46,587 nt of DNA from the IMG/VR virus record IMGVR_UViG_2554235478_000002, positions 1 to 46,587 of that record; one strand, written 5' to 3'. Of the stretch, positions 1 through 9,124 are shown piece by piece (within the stretch, counting starts at the first letter, position 1; each line of letters begins with the position of its first letter). Made by a program: the position numbers and the translations under genes. The stretch comes from a virus. The notes under the pieces are model-generated. The model was not told the origin of the DNA, did no database searches, and saw only the letters and a program-made list of their open reading frames with translations.

Positions 1-89
1 CACCTACCAGCAGGGCGGAGCCGTCACCCTCGATCTGACGATGATCTACGGCGACGAACCGGACCTCTCGACGAGCATAACGCCGTCGA
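1..89. repeat. Terminal direct repeat, copy 1 (circular overlap)
   Basis: Bases 1-89 (CACCTACCAG...CGCCGTCGA) are identical to 46499-46587, and the tail tube ORF reads in frame across the junction. Confidence 0.95.
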
Positions 90-523
90 ACGTCCAGAAG
101 CCCACTGACAGCGACGTTGTCGCCTTCCATGGCTTCGATGTCAGCGTCGACGGGGCGACAGTCACGAAGCTCCAGAACGCGACGCTGCAGTTGTCGCCGA
201 ACGCTCGCTTCCATCGTGGGAACGGTCGCCATCCCGTCGACGCCGTCATCGGTGACGTCACTCCGACGCTCTCGACGACAGGCATCTACAGTGGCCCCGA
301 AGAAATCGAGCGGGCGTACGGGTCGACTGGAGCGACGACACCCGCCGACCGTCTCGACGCAGTCAACGGGACGGTCACGACCACGAACGGCTCGGGGACG
401 ACCGACACGTACAATCTGACCGGTCTGAAGCCGCAGGGGTACAACTGGCAGGACCTCATCGCAGCGGACACGGACCTGACTGACCCGGTGACGTACAACA
501 TCAACGACGTGACGGTGGCCTAA
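1..523 (+). CDS. Major tail (tube) protein, 3' part
   Basis: Continuation of the 46101 ORF across the circular junction; beta-rich Thr/Asp composition. Confidence 0.78.
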   Translation, partial: TYQQGGAVTLDLTMIYGDEPDLSTSITPSNVQKPTDSDVVAFHGFDVSVDGATVTKLQNATLQLSPNARFHRGNGRHPVDAVIGDVTPTLSTTGIYSGPEEIERAYGSTGATTPADRLDAVNGTVTTTNGSGTTDTYNLTGLKPQGYNWQDLIAADTDLTDPVTYNINDVTVA

Positions 524-525
524 TC

Positions 526-1074
526 ATGCCGCTTCGAACCAAACGCTACAACTTCACCGACGAGATCGACCGCATCGCAGACGAAATTGCCGACCTCCAA
601 GCCCGGCTTGACGACCTCGACGAGGCTGACGGAGACACGGACCAGGCCATCAAGACGGTCCGGGGACAAATCACTTGGCTCGAAGCCCAGCAGCGAGGCG
701 CTCGCTGGGCGCGCGACGAGGCACACCTCTCGGCCGACGAGGGCGGGGTTGTCTCGTGGGACCATCAGGTCGACAGCGTCGAACTTGCCGGGCTGACCGG
801 CGGCGAGCTCGCCCGCGTCTCCAAAGAGGTCACCGACCCGATTCCTGCTGTCCGGCGCATCCACATGGTCGCTTTGGGGACCGAGGACGCACCGTTCCAC
901 GACGAAACAGCCCCCTACGGCGACCGCGTCGCCACGGTTGGTGACCTCCCGGCGGCGTACATCAAGTGGGCGTACGGCCGCGTCGACGACCTCTCAACAG
1001 TGGGAAACAGCGGCGGGACCGCCTCCAAGCACTCGCCCACGGCGACGCGGTCCCAGACGTCGACGAACAACTGA
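526..1074 (+). CDS. Tail assembly chaperone (lambda gpG-like)
   Basis: Lies between tail tube and tape measure genes and carries an in-phase slippery site near its 3' end. Confidence 0.7.
   Translation: MPLRTKRYNFTDEIDRIADEIADLQARLDDLDEADGDTDQAIKTVRGQITWLEAQQRGARWARDEAHLSADEGGVVSWDHQVDSVELAGLTGGELARVSKEVTDPIPAVRRIHMVALGTEDAPFHDETAPYGDRVATVGDLPAAYIKWAYGRVDDLSTVGNSGGTASKHSPTATRSQTSTNN
1002..1008 (+). promoter_or_regulatory. Programmed -1 frameshift slippery site G GGA AAC
   Basis: Codons GTG(1000) GGA AAC give X XXY YYZ in the correct phase; the -1 frame stays open to 1205. Confidence 0.8.
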
Positions 1075-1205
1075 TTGCTGACTATCGTATCGGCCTCGCG
1101 ATGGTTCACGGCCACTCCCCGGAGCAAGCCCGCGAGTACTCGATGCGCGACCTCGAACTGATGGAGATCGTGAGCAACGCAACCGGAGGGCTGCTAAATG
1201 GCTGA
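1008..1205 (+). CDS. Frameshift extension of the tail chaperone (gpGT-like, about 226 aa total)
   Basis: The -1 frame (QRRDRLQALAHGDAVPDVDEQLIADYRIG...) ends overlapping the tape measure start. Confidence 0.7.
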   Translation, partial: QRRDRLQALAHGDAVPDVDEQLIADYRIGLAMVHGHSPEQAREYSMRDLELMEIVSNATGGLLNG

Positions 1206-2487
1206 AGACCAGGAGTTCGGAGCGGGTGCGACCCTCGCCGTCGAGGTCGACCGGCAGTCACTCCGCCACACTCGTGAGGTCATCCAAGATGGTATCGGCG
1301 ACGTTGAGGTCGCAGTCCGGCCGGGTGCAATGTCGCCCAGCGTTCGGATGGATGGCGGTACGGCGTCTGCTGGTGGCGGTGACGCGACTCTGTCGATGCT
1401 TGCCGACGAGGTCCAACGCCACGGCGAGCGCCGGTCGAAAGAGGCTGCGCTCGGTCGTCAGTTACAGTCCAGCCAGCTCGAAGTCCAGAAGGCCATCTGG
1501 GAGACGCTCGACGATATCGCCCATGACGTCGACGGCCTCGAAGGAGGTGGTATCCTCGGTGGCGGTATCGCCGATCTCTTCCTCGAGGGCGGCGCAGGTG
1601 CTGCTGGCGAGGTCGTCGGTGAGCTGGCGGGCGAGCTGCCGGACACCCTCGGCGACGTGTTAGGGACGGCTGCCGGGGAGGTCCTCGGGCGAGCTGTCAG
1701 CGACTTGCTCCCGACGGGTGATGCGTCTAGCGTGTCGGTCGAAGAGCCCGAGTGGACGCCGCTGCAGGTCGAGACTCCCGGCGACGTCGGCGTCGACCAA
1801 CCACAGTGGGGAGTCGAGGTTGAAAAGCCAGGGTGGAAAATATCGGTTGAAGAGCCGCCTGGGAATGAACCTGCACCGCATGACCGCGGGATAAACCCTG
1901 ATCCACTCCTCGACCCGATTTCCAACCTCTTCGACGATAACGAGTTGCAAATTCCCAAGCCGGACTGGATTCCAATCTCGGTGGATGACCCGTCGCCACT
2001 TTCCGTCGAGGAGGTCGACCCACTTCAGGTCGAAGAAATCGAGCCGATTAGCGTATCGGTTAGCGTCTCAACGACACCCGGCGATACATCGTCGACGACC
2101 GATCCGTCCCAAGATGGAGAGATGGTCGCCGTCGACACCGGGACGCTTAGGGCAGGCCCAGAAGGTGCTGGAATCAACTTCACCGGGCCGTCTGTCAACA
2201 GTGACGGCGAACTCGACCTCGGCCGGTACAACATCGGCGGCGATAATGGCATCTCCTACGATGGCGCGCGTGTCCGAAACGTCCCACGGAACAGTTCGTC
2301 GCCATCGACAGCATCGTCGGAACCAGAAACGGTCAACAAAGAGACGACCGTTGACGTGACGATTGAGCAAGGGGATATCACCGTCGAAGCATCCTCGATT
2401 GACAAACTCCAGCGCAAAATGGAACGGAGAAGCCAGAAGCAAGTCGATGACGCGATTAACGAGCTCCGGCGGAAGCTCTCGCTGTAG
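1198..2487 (+). CDS. Short tape-measure-like protein (429 aa) with V-x-x-P-x-W repeats
   Basis: Position after G/GT; Gly-rich amphipathic segment and repeated SVEEPEW, VDQPQW, VEKPGW, IPKPDW. Confidence 0.55.
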   Translation: MAEDQEFGAGATLAVEVDRQSLRHTREVIQDGIGDVEVAVRPGAMSPSVRMDGGTASAGGGDATLSMLADEVQRHGERRSKEAALGRQLQSSQLEVQKAIWETLDDIAHDVDGLEGGGILGGGIADLFLEGGAGAAGEVVGELAGELPDTLGDVLGTAAGEVLGRAVSDLLPTGDASSVSVEEPEWTPLQVETPGDVGVDQPQWGVEVEKPGWKISVEEPPGNEPAPHDRGINPDPLLDPISNLFDDNELQIPKPDWIPISVDDPSPLSVEEVDPLQVEEIEPISVSVSVSTTPGDTSSTTDPSQDGEMVAVDTGTLRAGPEGAGINFTGPSVNSDGELDLGRYNIGGDNGISYDGARVRNVPRNSSSPSTASSEPETVNKETTVDVTIEQGDITVEASSIDKLQRKMERRSQKQVDDAINELRRKLSL

Positions 2488-3123
2488 TCACTTATGCAGC
2501 AACCTCAACCGCCCGGCGATGAGGCCGAGAAGGGCACCCGTGAAGTGAGTGTATAAAGCACTACCGGGGGCACTGTAACTCGAAGTTAGAAGTGCTGAAG
2601 CTCCTAATAATGCGAGTATACCCAACCACATCGGCAGCCCAAGGCGGTCCAATACGTACTTCGAGAAGAGGTTAGAGGCTAGCACGTACCCCATTAATCC
2701 GAAGGTTGCACCACTTGACCCAAGTGTCCCTGCGATCACGTACCCGCGGAAGGACATCGAAACGATCTGCACGGACCCAGCAACGACGCCTGTCACCAGA
2801 AAAAATAGGTGAAATCTGAGGGGTGTAGACGCCAGAGCGACGATACTACCAAATATCAACACCATCACTGCATTGCTTGCTAAGTGCCCTAGGCCTGCAT
2901 GGGCGTAGATACTCGTCACGAGCGTCCATGGGTTGTCAGCCAACGGCGCACTTAGGACGAAGAACTCTCGTCTGAGTCCGAATGGCGTAGAGGCCCACGT
3001 CGCGACCGAGACGACGACCATTACGGCGAGCGTCTGTACGACCGGATTCCTCAGTACTGCACCGACGAGCGTCTCGTCCGCCCCCGGATGAGACTCCTCA
3101 AACCCGCTCCACTCTCCTGACAT
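2488..3123 (-). CDS. Rhomboid family intramembrane serine protease
   Basis: About six hydrophobic segments, PWTLVTSIYAHAGLGHLASN (HxxxxHxxxN), catalytic GSSG, catalytic H in HFTGALLG. AT-richer than its neighbours. Confidence 0.9.
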   Translation of the reverse strand: MSGEWSGFEESHPGADETLVGAVLRNPVVQTLAVMVVVSVATWASTPFGLRREFFVLSAPLADNPWTLVTSIYAHAGLGHLASNAVMVLIFGSIVALASTPLRFHLFFLVTGVVAGSVQIVSMSFRGYVIAGTLGSSGATFGLMGYVLASNLFSKYVLDRLGLPMWLGILALLGASALLTSSYSAPGSALYTHFTGALLGLIAGRLRLLHK

Positions 3124-3200
3124 ATTCTGAAACTGTCTCCTCCGACGAAATAAGCGTAGCCCCGCAACCGACTACGATTTTTCAGTACCCAACCACAATC

Positions 3201-3851
3201 ATGACCACACGACTCACCGGCTGCGTCCTCGAAATCGACGCAAACCTCGGTGGACAAGAGCGCACAGGAGTATTCGAACTCGCCAAAGACTACGGCTGTG
3301 TCAGCGGAATCATCCGCGAATTCATCATCGGCCCAACTGGCGAGATTGGGGCCAGACTCGTCGGCAAGCTCGATGAGGAATTCGACACAGATGCGCTCGA
3401 TGGGACCGGGAAAAACCGACGAGCGTTCGTCGTCGACGCCGGCGGAGGGACGCGCTCGTACGAGATCACCTGCACACTCTCAGAGACGCCATTCGGCGAC
3501 CGGGGACACTTGCAGATGGGCACCACGGGGTCGCAGTCAGAGCTGACAAAGTTCGACGCGACCGGTGCGGGACCGAAAGACCAGGGAGATGTATTTTCGA
3601 AGTTCGCGACCGAGGCGACCACCGACTCGCTCAACCCCGCACGCCTTCATATCGGTCATCACCACGACGGCACGTACACAGTAGATAGCGAGCCGGGGCT
3701 GTACGAAGAGCCGCGACGCGTCTATCTCCCAGAGGGTCCTCGAATCACCGAATCGGAGGACACACCCTCGACCGTTGAAGTGCAGTTCACGTGCGTTCTG
3801 GCGGGGTCGTTCGAACGAGCACTCGATAGCGTCATCCAGGAGGAGTTCTGA
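3201..3851 (+). CDS. Putative distal tail/baseplate protein
   Basis: Position after the tape measure; stop overlaps the next start; no motif recognised. Confidence 0.5.
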   Translation: MTTRLTGCVLEIDANLGGQERTGVFELAKDYGCVSGIIREFIIGPTGEIGARLVGKLDEEFDTDALDGTGKNRRAFVVDAGGGTRSYEITCTLSETPFGDRGHLQMGTTGSQSELTKFDATGAGPKDQGDVFSKFATEATTDSLNPARLHIGHHHDGTYTVDSEPGLYEEPRRVYLPEGPRITESEDTPSTVEVQFTCVLAGSFERALDSVIQEEF

Positions 3852-5032
3852 TGCGACGGAAGCTCTACACTTTGGCCACTCGCGATGAGGTGACACTCGC
3901 GCTGGGCAGTGAGTCGCGGCGAAACACGGCCGCCCAGTCGGCACTCTCGGGCGGTGTCTCAGTCTCCAAACCGGTATCGCTCGACCCGGGTCAGATACGA
4001 TTCGAGTTCCTCGTCGCCGGCGACGGTGCAGACCGTGTCGCGTCGCAGTTCGAGGAGTTGCTGAACTCCGATTACCAGTACGTTCCGTTCTTCGGCGTCG
4101 GTGAACAGACTGACTTCGACGGTTACTACGTCATGAAATCGGGCTCGACGAAGCCACTTGACGCACAGTCGTCGGGGTCGATCCATCGCGTCGACAGTGT
4201 TCTCGAGAACGCCGGAACGCGACGGTCGCACTTCCGTTCGGCTGCACTCAACACTCAAGACGTTGACAACGACTTCGGGACTGGCACAGCGGCCGAGGTA
4301 GCCGTCCCGTCGGCCGCTTCACTCGTCCGGTGGTTCGACCCTGCATCCAACGTGGTCACCACGGCGGATTCGACGGCGACTCGACAGACACAGTTCGACC
4401 CGGTGGACGTCTTCGACGCCACGGCCGCGCCGACCACGCAGTCGGAACTCATCTACGACCTGCCGTTCGACGAGGTCGGAAAGACGGACGTCCGGGTGTG
4501 GGACTCGCGAGGCACGACGAAGGTCTCTGCAGAGGGGACGGGCAATACCATCGGCGTCGATTTCACGATCGGGAGCGCGACCATCGGCCAGCAGCAGCGG
4601 GTCGTCCAGTGGCAGCGCGTATTCGTCGAGAACCACGAGTTCGTGGGTGACATCGTCATCGAGAACGGCCTCCTTCGTCTCACGCTCGACGACATCAACC
4701 AGACAATCGCCGCCGAGGAGTGGGACGACACCAACGAGGCATGGAACCCGGTCTCGCTGGGCTCATCGTCCTGGACGCTCGTCGACGTCGACCTCACCCA
4801 CGTCGGCCCAGTCGCCGTCGAGGCGCAGCTCCTCTTTGAGGACTCCGGGAGTTACCAGGCACTCGATATGCGCCTGTCGAGAGGTTCGACGGACGCGCTG
4901 TTCGCGACGCCGGCCAACGAGACGGCGCCGTCGACCGGTCTCAAGGACTTGCTATCGCCCATCGCGTTGACGAGCGATAAGACGGCGATGGAGTCACTCG
5001 GGCTCCGCAAACGGAGGGATGTGCGCCGATGA
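3851..5032 (+). CDS. Putative tail tip/baseplate protein
   Basis: 393-aa acidic beta-rich ORF coupled to both neighbours in the tail operon. Confidence 0.5.
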   Translation: MRRKLYTLATRDEVTLALGSESRRNTAAQSALSGGVSVSKPVSLDPGQIRFEFLVAGDGADRVASQFEELLNSDYQYVPFFGVGEQTDFDGYYVMKSGSTKPLDAQSSGSIHRVDSVLENAGTRRSHFRSAALNTQDVDNDFGTGTAAEVAVPSAASLVRWFDPASNVVTTADSTATRQTQFDPVDVFDATAAPTTQSELIYDLPFDEVGKTDVRVWDSRGTTKVSAEGTGNTIGVDFTIGSATIGQQQRVVQWQRVFVENHEFVGDIVIENGLLRLTLDDINQTIAAEEWDDTNEAWNPVSLGSSSWTLVDVDLTHVGPVAVEAQLLFEDSGSYQALDMRLSRGSTDALFATPANETAPSTGLKDLLSPIALTSDKTAMESLGLRKRRDVRR

Positions 5033-7188
5033 GTGCCGCTGCAGGCCGCGTTCCTTCCTCGGGATGGTACGTCGAAATCGTGCATCCCGATGGAAACGTC
5101 CTCTCGCCACAGGTCGACGATGGGGCAACACCACGGCCGAAACTCAAGGGGCTTCCAAAGGTCGAGTTACCGGTCGATCGCGACGACAAGTGGCTCGACG
5201 ACGCCTTCGACCGCGCGACTATCCGGGTGTGGCAGGACGGCACGCGCGTCCCTGTCGAGACACTCATCGACCGGACACACCGCGATGACTCGACGGTCCT
5301 CACCGCCCGTGGGGGCGACGAGCTCACCAAACGTATCGAGCGCAACGTCGTCGAGCAGGAGTCCCACACGTTCGTCGGGAACCTCGTGAGCTCGGAGACA
5401 TCGCTTGCGACGCACGTCGACACGCCGATCAACACGACGATTGTTAATTCACCGCTGCTGTCAGCCGATACGTCGACGGAACTCACGGACGCACTTCAGG
5501 AGGCCATTGCACCAACTGACCCCATCGAGGCGTCGGGTAGCGAAATCCGGTTGCTGGACTCGTGCTGGGTGTTTGAGGGAGAGGATTCGATTATCACCGG
5601 CGAATTCAGCGATGCCAGCTATTCTGGCGGAAAAGCGACTGGGATAGACTCTGGCATCTCATCAGCGGGTGACAAAGGCACGTGGTCGTTTACGCCCGAA
5701 TACGATGTCCCAGCGAGCGCGGTCGCAGTCAATATCCGTGCGGACTTCCGCGACGGCGACGGTACAGGAACAGTCGAGCCTCCGGAATTCGAGATTCGAC
5801 TGAACGGAAGTGTCCTCTTCAATGGTCAGTTCCTGACGTCGACGACGGGGATAGAGTGGAACGATTTTTCGACAGATAACGAGTACAACGGCCCAGACCT
5901 CCAAGCTGGGAGCGAGTATACGCTCACGATCGAAGTCACAGACGGCACAGTCGGCGACGCTGACGACCGCATCAATTTCGACGTACCAGTGGTCTACGAT
6001 AATCGCTTCTCGTACACTTGGGACAACAGCGTCGACGCGAATGGCTATCTGAGCGGACCAGAGCGCAAGCCCGACCAGTGGGACGTCATCTTCGGCGAGA
6101 TTCCGGCTGTCCAGTCTGTCTCCGGTGGACGTATCGAAGTCACGATGGACGACACAAGTGGAAATCAGCAACTCGCGCTCTCGGTTGACGATGGGTCGAC
6201 GTGGTCAACAGCTTCGAACACATCGACGTTCGAGACGGACTTCGCGAGTTTGGGTAACGGCCTCACAGCCCGGGTTCGTTTGTCGAGATACGGCTCGCAA
6301 AGCGGTTCGACGCCCACATCGGGCGTCAGTGGCCAGTCGCTCGACGTGCTCGATTTGTTTGCGGACCTCGACACGACACCGTTGGTCTCGAACCAGGCGT
6401 TCGACGGCGAAATCGTCGACGTCGTCAACACAGTTGCGGATGATGCCAACGCAATCTGGGAGCTCGTCTGGGACGACTCTATCGGCGGGCTCGCGTTTGA
6501 GTGGACTCAGCCAGGCCAACGAACCGCTTCTGGAGACCCGTCCATCATCGACTTCGAAGTTGCTATTGACTCCTCGAGCGTCAACGAAAAGGCCGTCGTC
6601 TACGGCACATCAAGAGCAGTGCGCGACGAGGAGATTACTGCTGATCTGGGGACTCCGGCCGCTCTCGACAACCAGTACAACCAACCCGGCCAGGTCTCGA
6701 TCCGTTCGAAGTCCGATGGCACAGAGTACACGCTCGGCGTTGACTACGAGTACAACGCTCTCGCCGGCAAGGTGACCGCACTCTCCGGCGGTGCGATTGC
6801 CGACGGCGAGACGCTTCTCGTCGACTATCAGGCGCGGGTTCGCGGTGAGTACTCGCTTCCGTCGTGGTCCGGAGACGAGACGCTCGCGACGACAAGGACG
6901 ATACCCAACGCAACCACTGACCAGTCAGCGGCACAGGCGGCGTACGTGCTCGTTCAGCAGACTCACGAGCCAATCACGACTGCGACAGTAACTATCGATA
7001 AGCGGCCTGCTGGGTGGTCGCTCATCGACGCAGTCTCGCTCGCTGACCTCCCAGCACCGGCGATGGAGATCTGGTCACTCAAAGACAAAGACGGTCAAGT
7101 CATGTTGCAGTTGGGGAGTCGCGACCGGGTTGAGGATGTTGTTTCCCGACTGCAAAGCCGACTCGAATCCACCGCCAACAAGGTCTGA
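5029..7188 (+). CDS. Putative baseplate hub/central tail protein
   Basis: 719-aa beta-rich ORF at the expected hub position, with an AT-richer internal segment around 5550-6020. Confidence 0.55.
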   Translation: MSAAAGRVPSSGWYVEIVHPDGNVLSPQVDDGATPRPKLKGLPKVELPVDRDDKWLDDAFDRATIRVWQDGTRVPVETLIDRTHRDDSTVLTARGGDELTKRIERNVVEQESHTFVGNLVSSETSLATHVDTPINTTIVNSPLLSADTSTELTDALQEAIAPTDPIEASGSEIRLLDSCWVFEGEDSIITGEFSDASYSGGKATGIDSGISSAGDKGTWSFTPEYDVPASAVAVNIRADFRDGDGTGTVEPPEFEIRLNGSVLFNGQFLTSTTGIEWNDFSTDNEYNGPDLQAGSEYTLTIEVTDGTVGDADDRINFDVPVVYDNRFSYTWDNSVDANGYLSGPERKPDQWDVIFGEIPAVQSVSGGRIEVTMDDTSGNQQLALSVDDGSTWSTASNTSTFETDFASLGNGLTARVRLSRYGSQSGSTPTSGVSGQSLDVLDLFADLDTTPLVSNQAFDGEIVDVVNTVADDANAIWELVWDDSIGGLAFEWTQPGQRTASGDPSIIDFEVAIDSSSVNEKAVVYGTSRAVRDEEITADLGTPAALDNQYNQPGQVSIRSKSDGTEYTLGVDYEYNALAGKVTALSGGAIADGETLLVDYQARVRGEYSLPSWSGDETLATTRTIPNATTDQSAAQAAYVLVQQTHEPITTATVTIDKRPAGWSLIDAVSLADLPAPAMEIWSLKDKDGQVMLQLGSRDRVEDVVSRLQSRLESTANKV

Positions 7189-7293
7189 TGCAGGAGAATT
7201 TTCTCATCATATATAAATATGGGTGTAGTCCCCCACCCCTTAATGCCAATATAAGTGAATGTACGTTCTCATCAACTGTAAGGAGGTGATGAC

Positions 7294-7440
7294 ATGAACA
7301 CACGACCTGCTCGTTCGCAAGTCGAGATTGACTGGCTTCCGCCGTTCGGACAGCCAGAGGTCACAGTTGTCGGACGGGTTGCGCTGCCAGTCGCCATATT
7401 TGCGGCTGGATTGACTGCGTGGCTGGCTTCACGTAACTGA
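7294..7440 (+). CDS. 48-aa small membrane protein with its own promoter (moron-like)
   Basis: Strong AAGGAGGTGAT site before the ATG, C-terminal hydrophobic helix (VALPVAIFAAGLTAWLA), AT-rich upstream with TATATAAA near 7210. Not in the supplied ORF track. Confidence 0.65.
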   Translation: MNTRPARSQVEIDWLPPFGQPEVTVVGRVALPVAIFAAGLTAWLASRN

Positions 7441-7542
7441 GCAACCACTCTCAATTTCTCATCACCAGTTTTCGCGCGATGACCCCACTTGGGGCGAGCG
7501 CCTGCCGGACGTAACACCGCGGTTTCCAGTACTCACAGACTC

Positions 7543-8115
7543 ATGTTTGACACAGTTCCACCAGCAGTTGCATCGATCATCGCCCTCGCGATGACCGCAC
7601 TCGGCGCGTTCCTTGCCGGTCGGAAGGGCCGTGCCCATGACCTCGCAGTCGACGTCGAAACCGAACTTCGTGAACTCTTCGACGAACAGGGCGTCTTTCC
7701 GTCGCCCGCAACGGCAGAGGTCGACCGTGACGACGTCGACGCGGCGCTCGCCGAAGCCATTCCGCGCTACGAGGAGTCGACGACCATCGAGACAGTGTTC
7801 TCGGACGGGACGTACCTCGCACCAGTGGCGGCCGACGTCCCGCTGTTGCGCACGCTCGCCGGCGGCGTGTCGTGGCTCCCCTACCGCCCAGAAAGGTTCG
7901 ACTGCGAACAATACGCACAGGCCTTCGCGGTCTTCACGGCGTTCCTCGCCGGCACGAACACAGTGGGTATCGTCCTTGACTGGTCGGGGAACCATGCCTA
8001 CAACGTAATCGTCACCGCAGCAGGTGGCGTCCGGTTCTACGACCCGTACGAAGACACATTCGTCGCCATCGGCGAAGGCAAGTACCGACTCGAGAACGCA
8101 CTCATCATTTTCTGA
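7543..8115 (+). CDS. Membrane-anchored papain/transglutaminase-like protein (MOA agglutinin C-terminal-like)
   Basis: N-terminal hydrophobic helix, then FDCEQYA, GNHAYNV and FYDP motifs suggesting a Cys-His-Asp triad. Confidence 0.6.
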   Translation: MFDTVPPAVASIIALAMTALGAFLAGRKGRAHDLAVDVETELRELFDEQGVFPSPATAEVDRDDVDAALAEAIPRYEESTTIETVFSDGTYLAPVAADVPLLRTLAGGVSWLPYRPERFDCEQYAQAFAVFTAFLAGTNTVGIVLDWSGNHAYNVIVTAAGGVRFYDPYEDTFVAIGEGKYRLENALIIF

Positions 8116-8118
8116 CCC

Positions 8119-8700
8119 ATGGCTGACGAAATCTTCTACGAGCAGGGCGATGACGCCACCGAGGACAACTTCGGCCGGGTGTGGGGGCGGCCGAACATCA
8201 TGGATTACGTCGTCCGTGGACTGTCGCTGTCAGATAACGGTGACGGAACGGCGACCCTCACCGCTGGCTATGCGACCATTCTCGACGGGATTCGTGGGTA
8301 CCACGTCTACCCTGACTCGCGGACGGTAACACTCGTTGACTCCGGTGGGGTGAACCACATCTACCTCGCCATCGACGTCGACCACACGACGACGTCGAAA
8401 AACAACCAGGTGAGCGTCCACGTCGACGCCGACGACACACCGCCGTCGCTCCCAAATCTCAAGCTCGGGACAGTTGACGCCAGCGCTGGCACAGCCACCG
8501 AGACCAACCGTAACCCAGACGGAACATTCGAGAACCTCGAGGCGACGCGGAAGCTCGACATGCGGGGCAACCCCATCGACAACCAGGGTGTCACCTCGGT
8601 CGCCGACGAGACGGCGCTCGCCGACGGCGAACCCGGTCTTTATCGGCTCGAAGACACGGGCGACGTCGTCTACTTCGACGGCGATACGAGCACGAACTGA
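8119..8700 (+). CDS. Putative tail fibre base protein
   Basis: Beta-rich 193-aa ORF upstream of the adhesin genes. Confidence 0.45.
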   Translation: MADEIFYEQGDDATEDNFGRVWGRPNIMDYVVRGLSLSDNGDGTATLTAGYATILDGIRGYHVYPDSRTVTLVDSGGVNHIYLAIDVDHTTTSKNNQVSVHVDADDTPPSLPNLKLGTVDASAGTATETNRNPDGTFENLEATRKLDMRGNPIDNQGVTSVADETALADGEPGLYRLEDTGDVVYFDGDTSTN

Positions 8701-8779
8701 GCCATCTCCGATGAACCCAGCTGCGCCGCGGCGGGTGGGTGAGGGGACGACCGCGGGACATCCTGCAGGAGACTTTTCC

Positions 8780-9124
8780 ATGCCACGAAAGCAATCGACA
8801 GCCAGACGCACCGATGAGCCAATTGAGACCGCCGACGCGGTCCTGTTGGCGACCAACACGCCGGGAGACGCACTTGTCTCGCTCAACATCGAGGCGACCG
8901 CCGACGCCAGCTACGCCGTCGACGTCCACCACGATGTTGGCAGCCGCACCACCCCCACAACCGGGTGGTTCGAAGACGAGATAGTCTACGACCAAGCCGA
9001 CGTCGACGACCCACAAGACATCCGTGACACGTTCTACGTGGGTGACGCGTGGCTTCGAGTGCGCGTGACGGACCCCGCGGGAGCGGGCGAAACAGCAGAC
9101 GTGACTATCCAGGAGGCACACTAA
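8780..9124 (+). CDS. Hypothetical virion protein (114 aa)
   Basis: ATG at 8780 (MPRKQST...); stop overlaps the next ATG. Confidence 0.55.
   Translation: MPRKQSTARRTDEPIETADAVLLATNTPGDALVSLNIEATADASYAVDVHHDVGSRTTPTTGWFEDEIVYDQADVDDPQDIRDTFYVGDAWLRVRVTDPAGAGETADVTIQEAH

Noticed and set aside
1-89. Terminal repeat as a biological terminal redundancy
   Set aside because: It falls mid-gene and has the length of a typical assembler k-mer overlap, so it shows circularity only.
8701-8779. GC-rich foldable spacer (CCGCGG pair, TCTCC/GGAGA) between fibre genes
   Set aside because: Stems are short and expected at this GC content; no second copy or known RNA motif.
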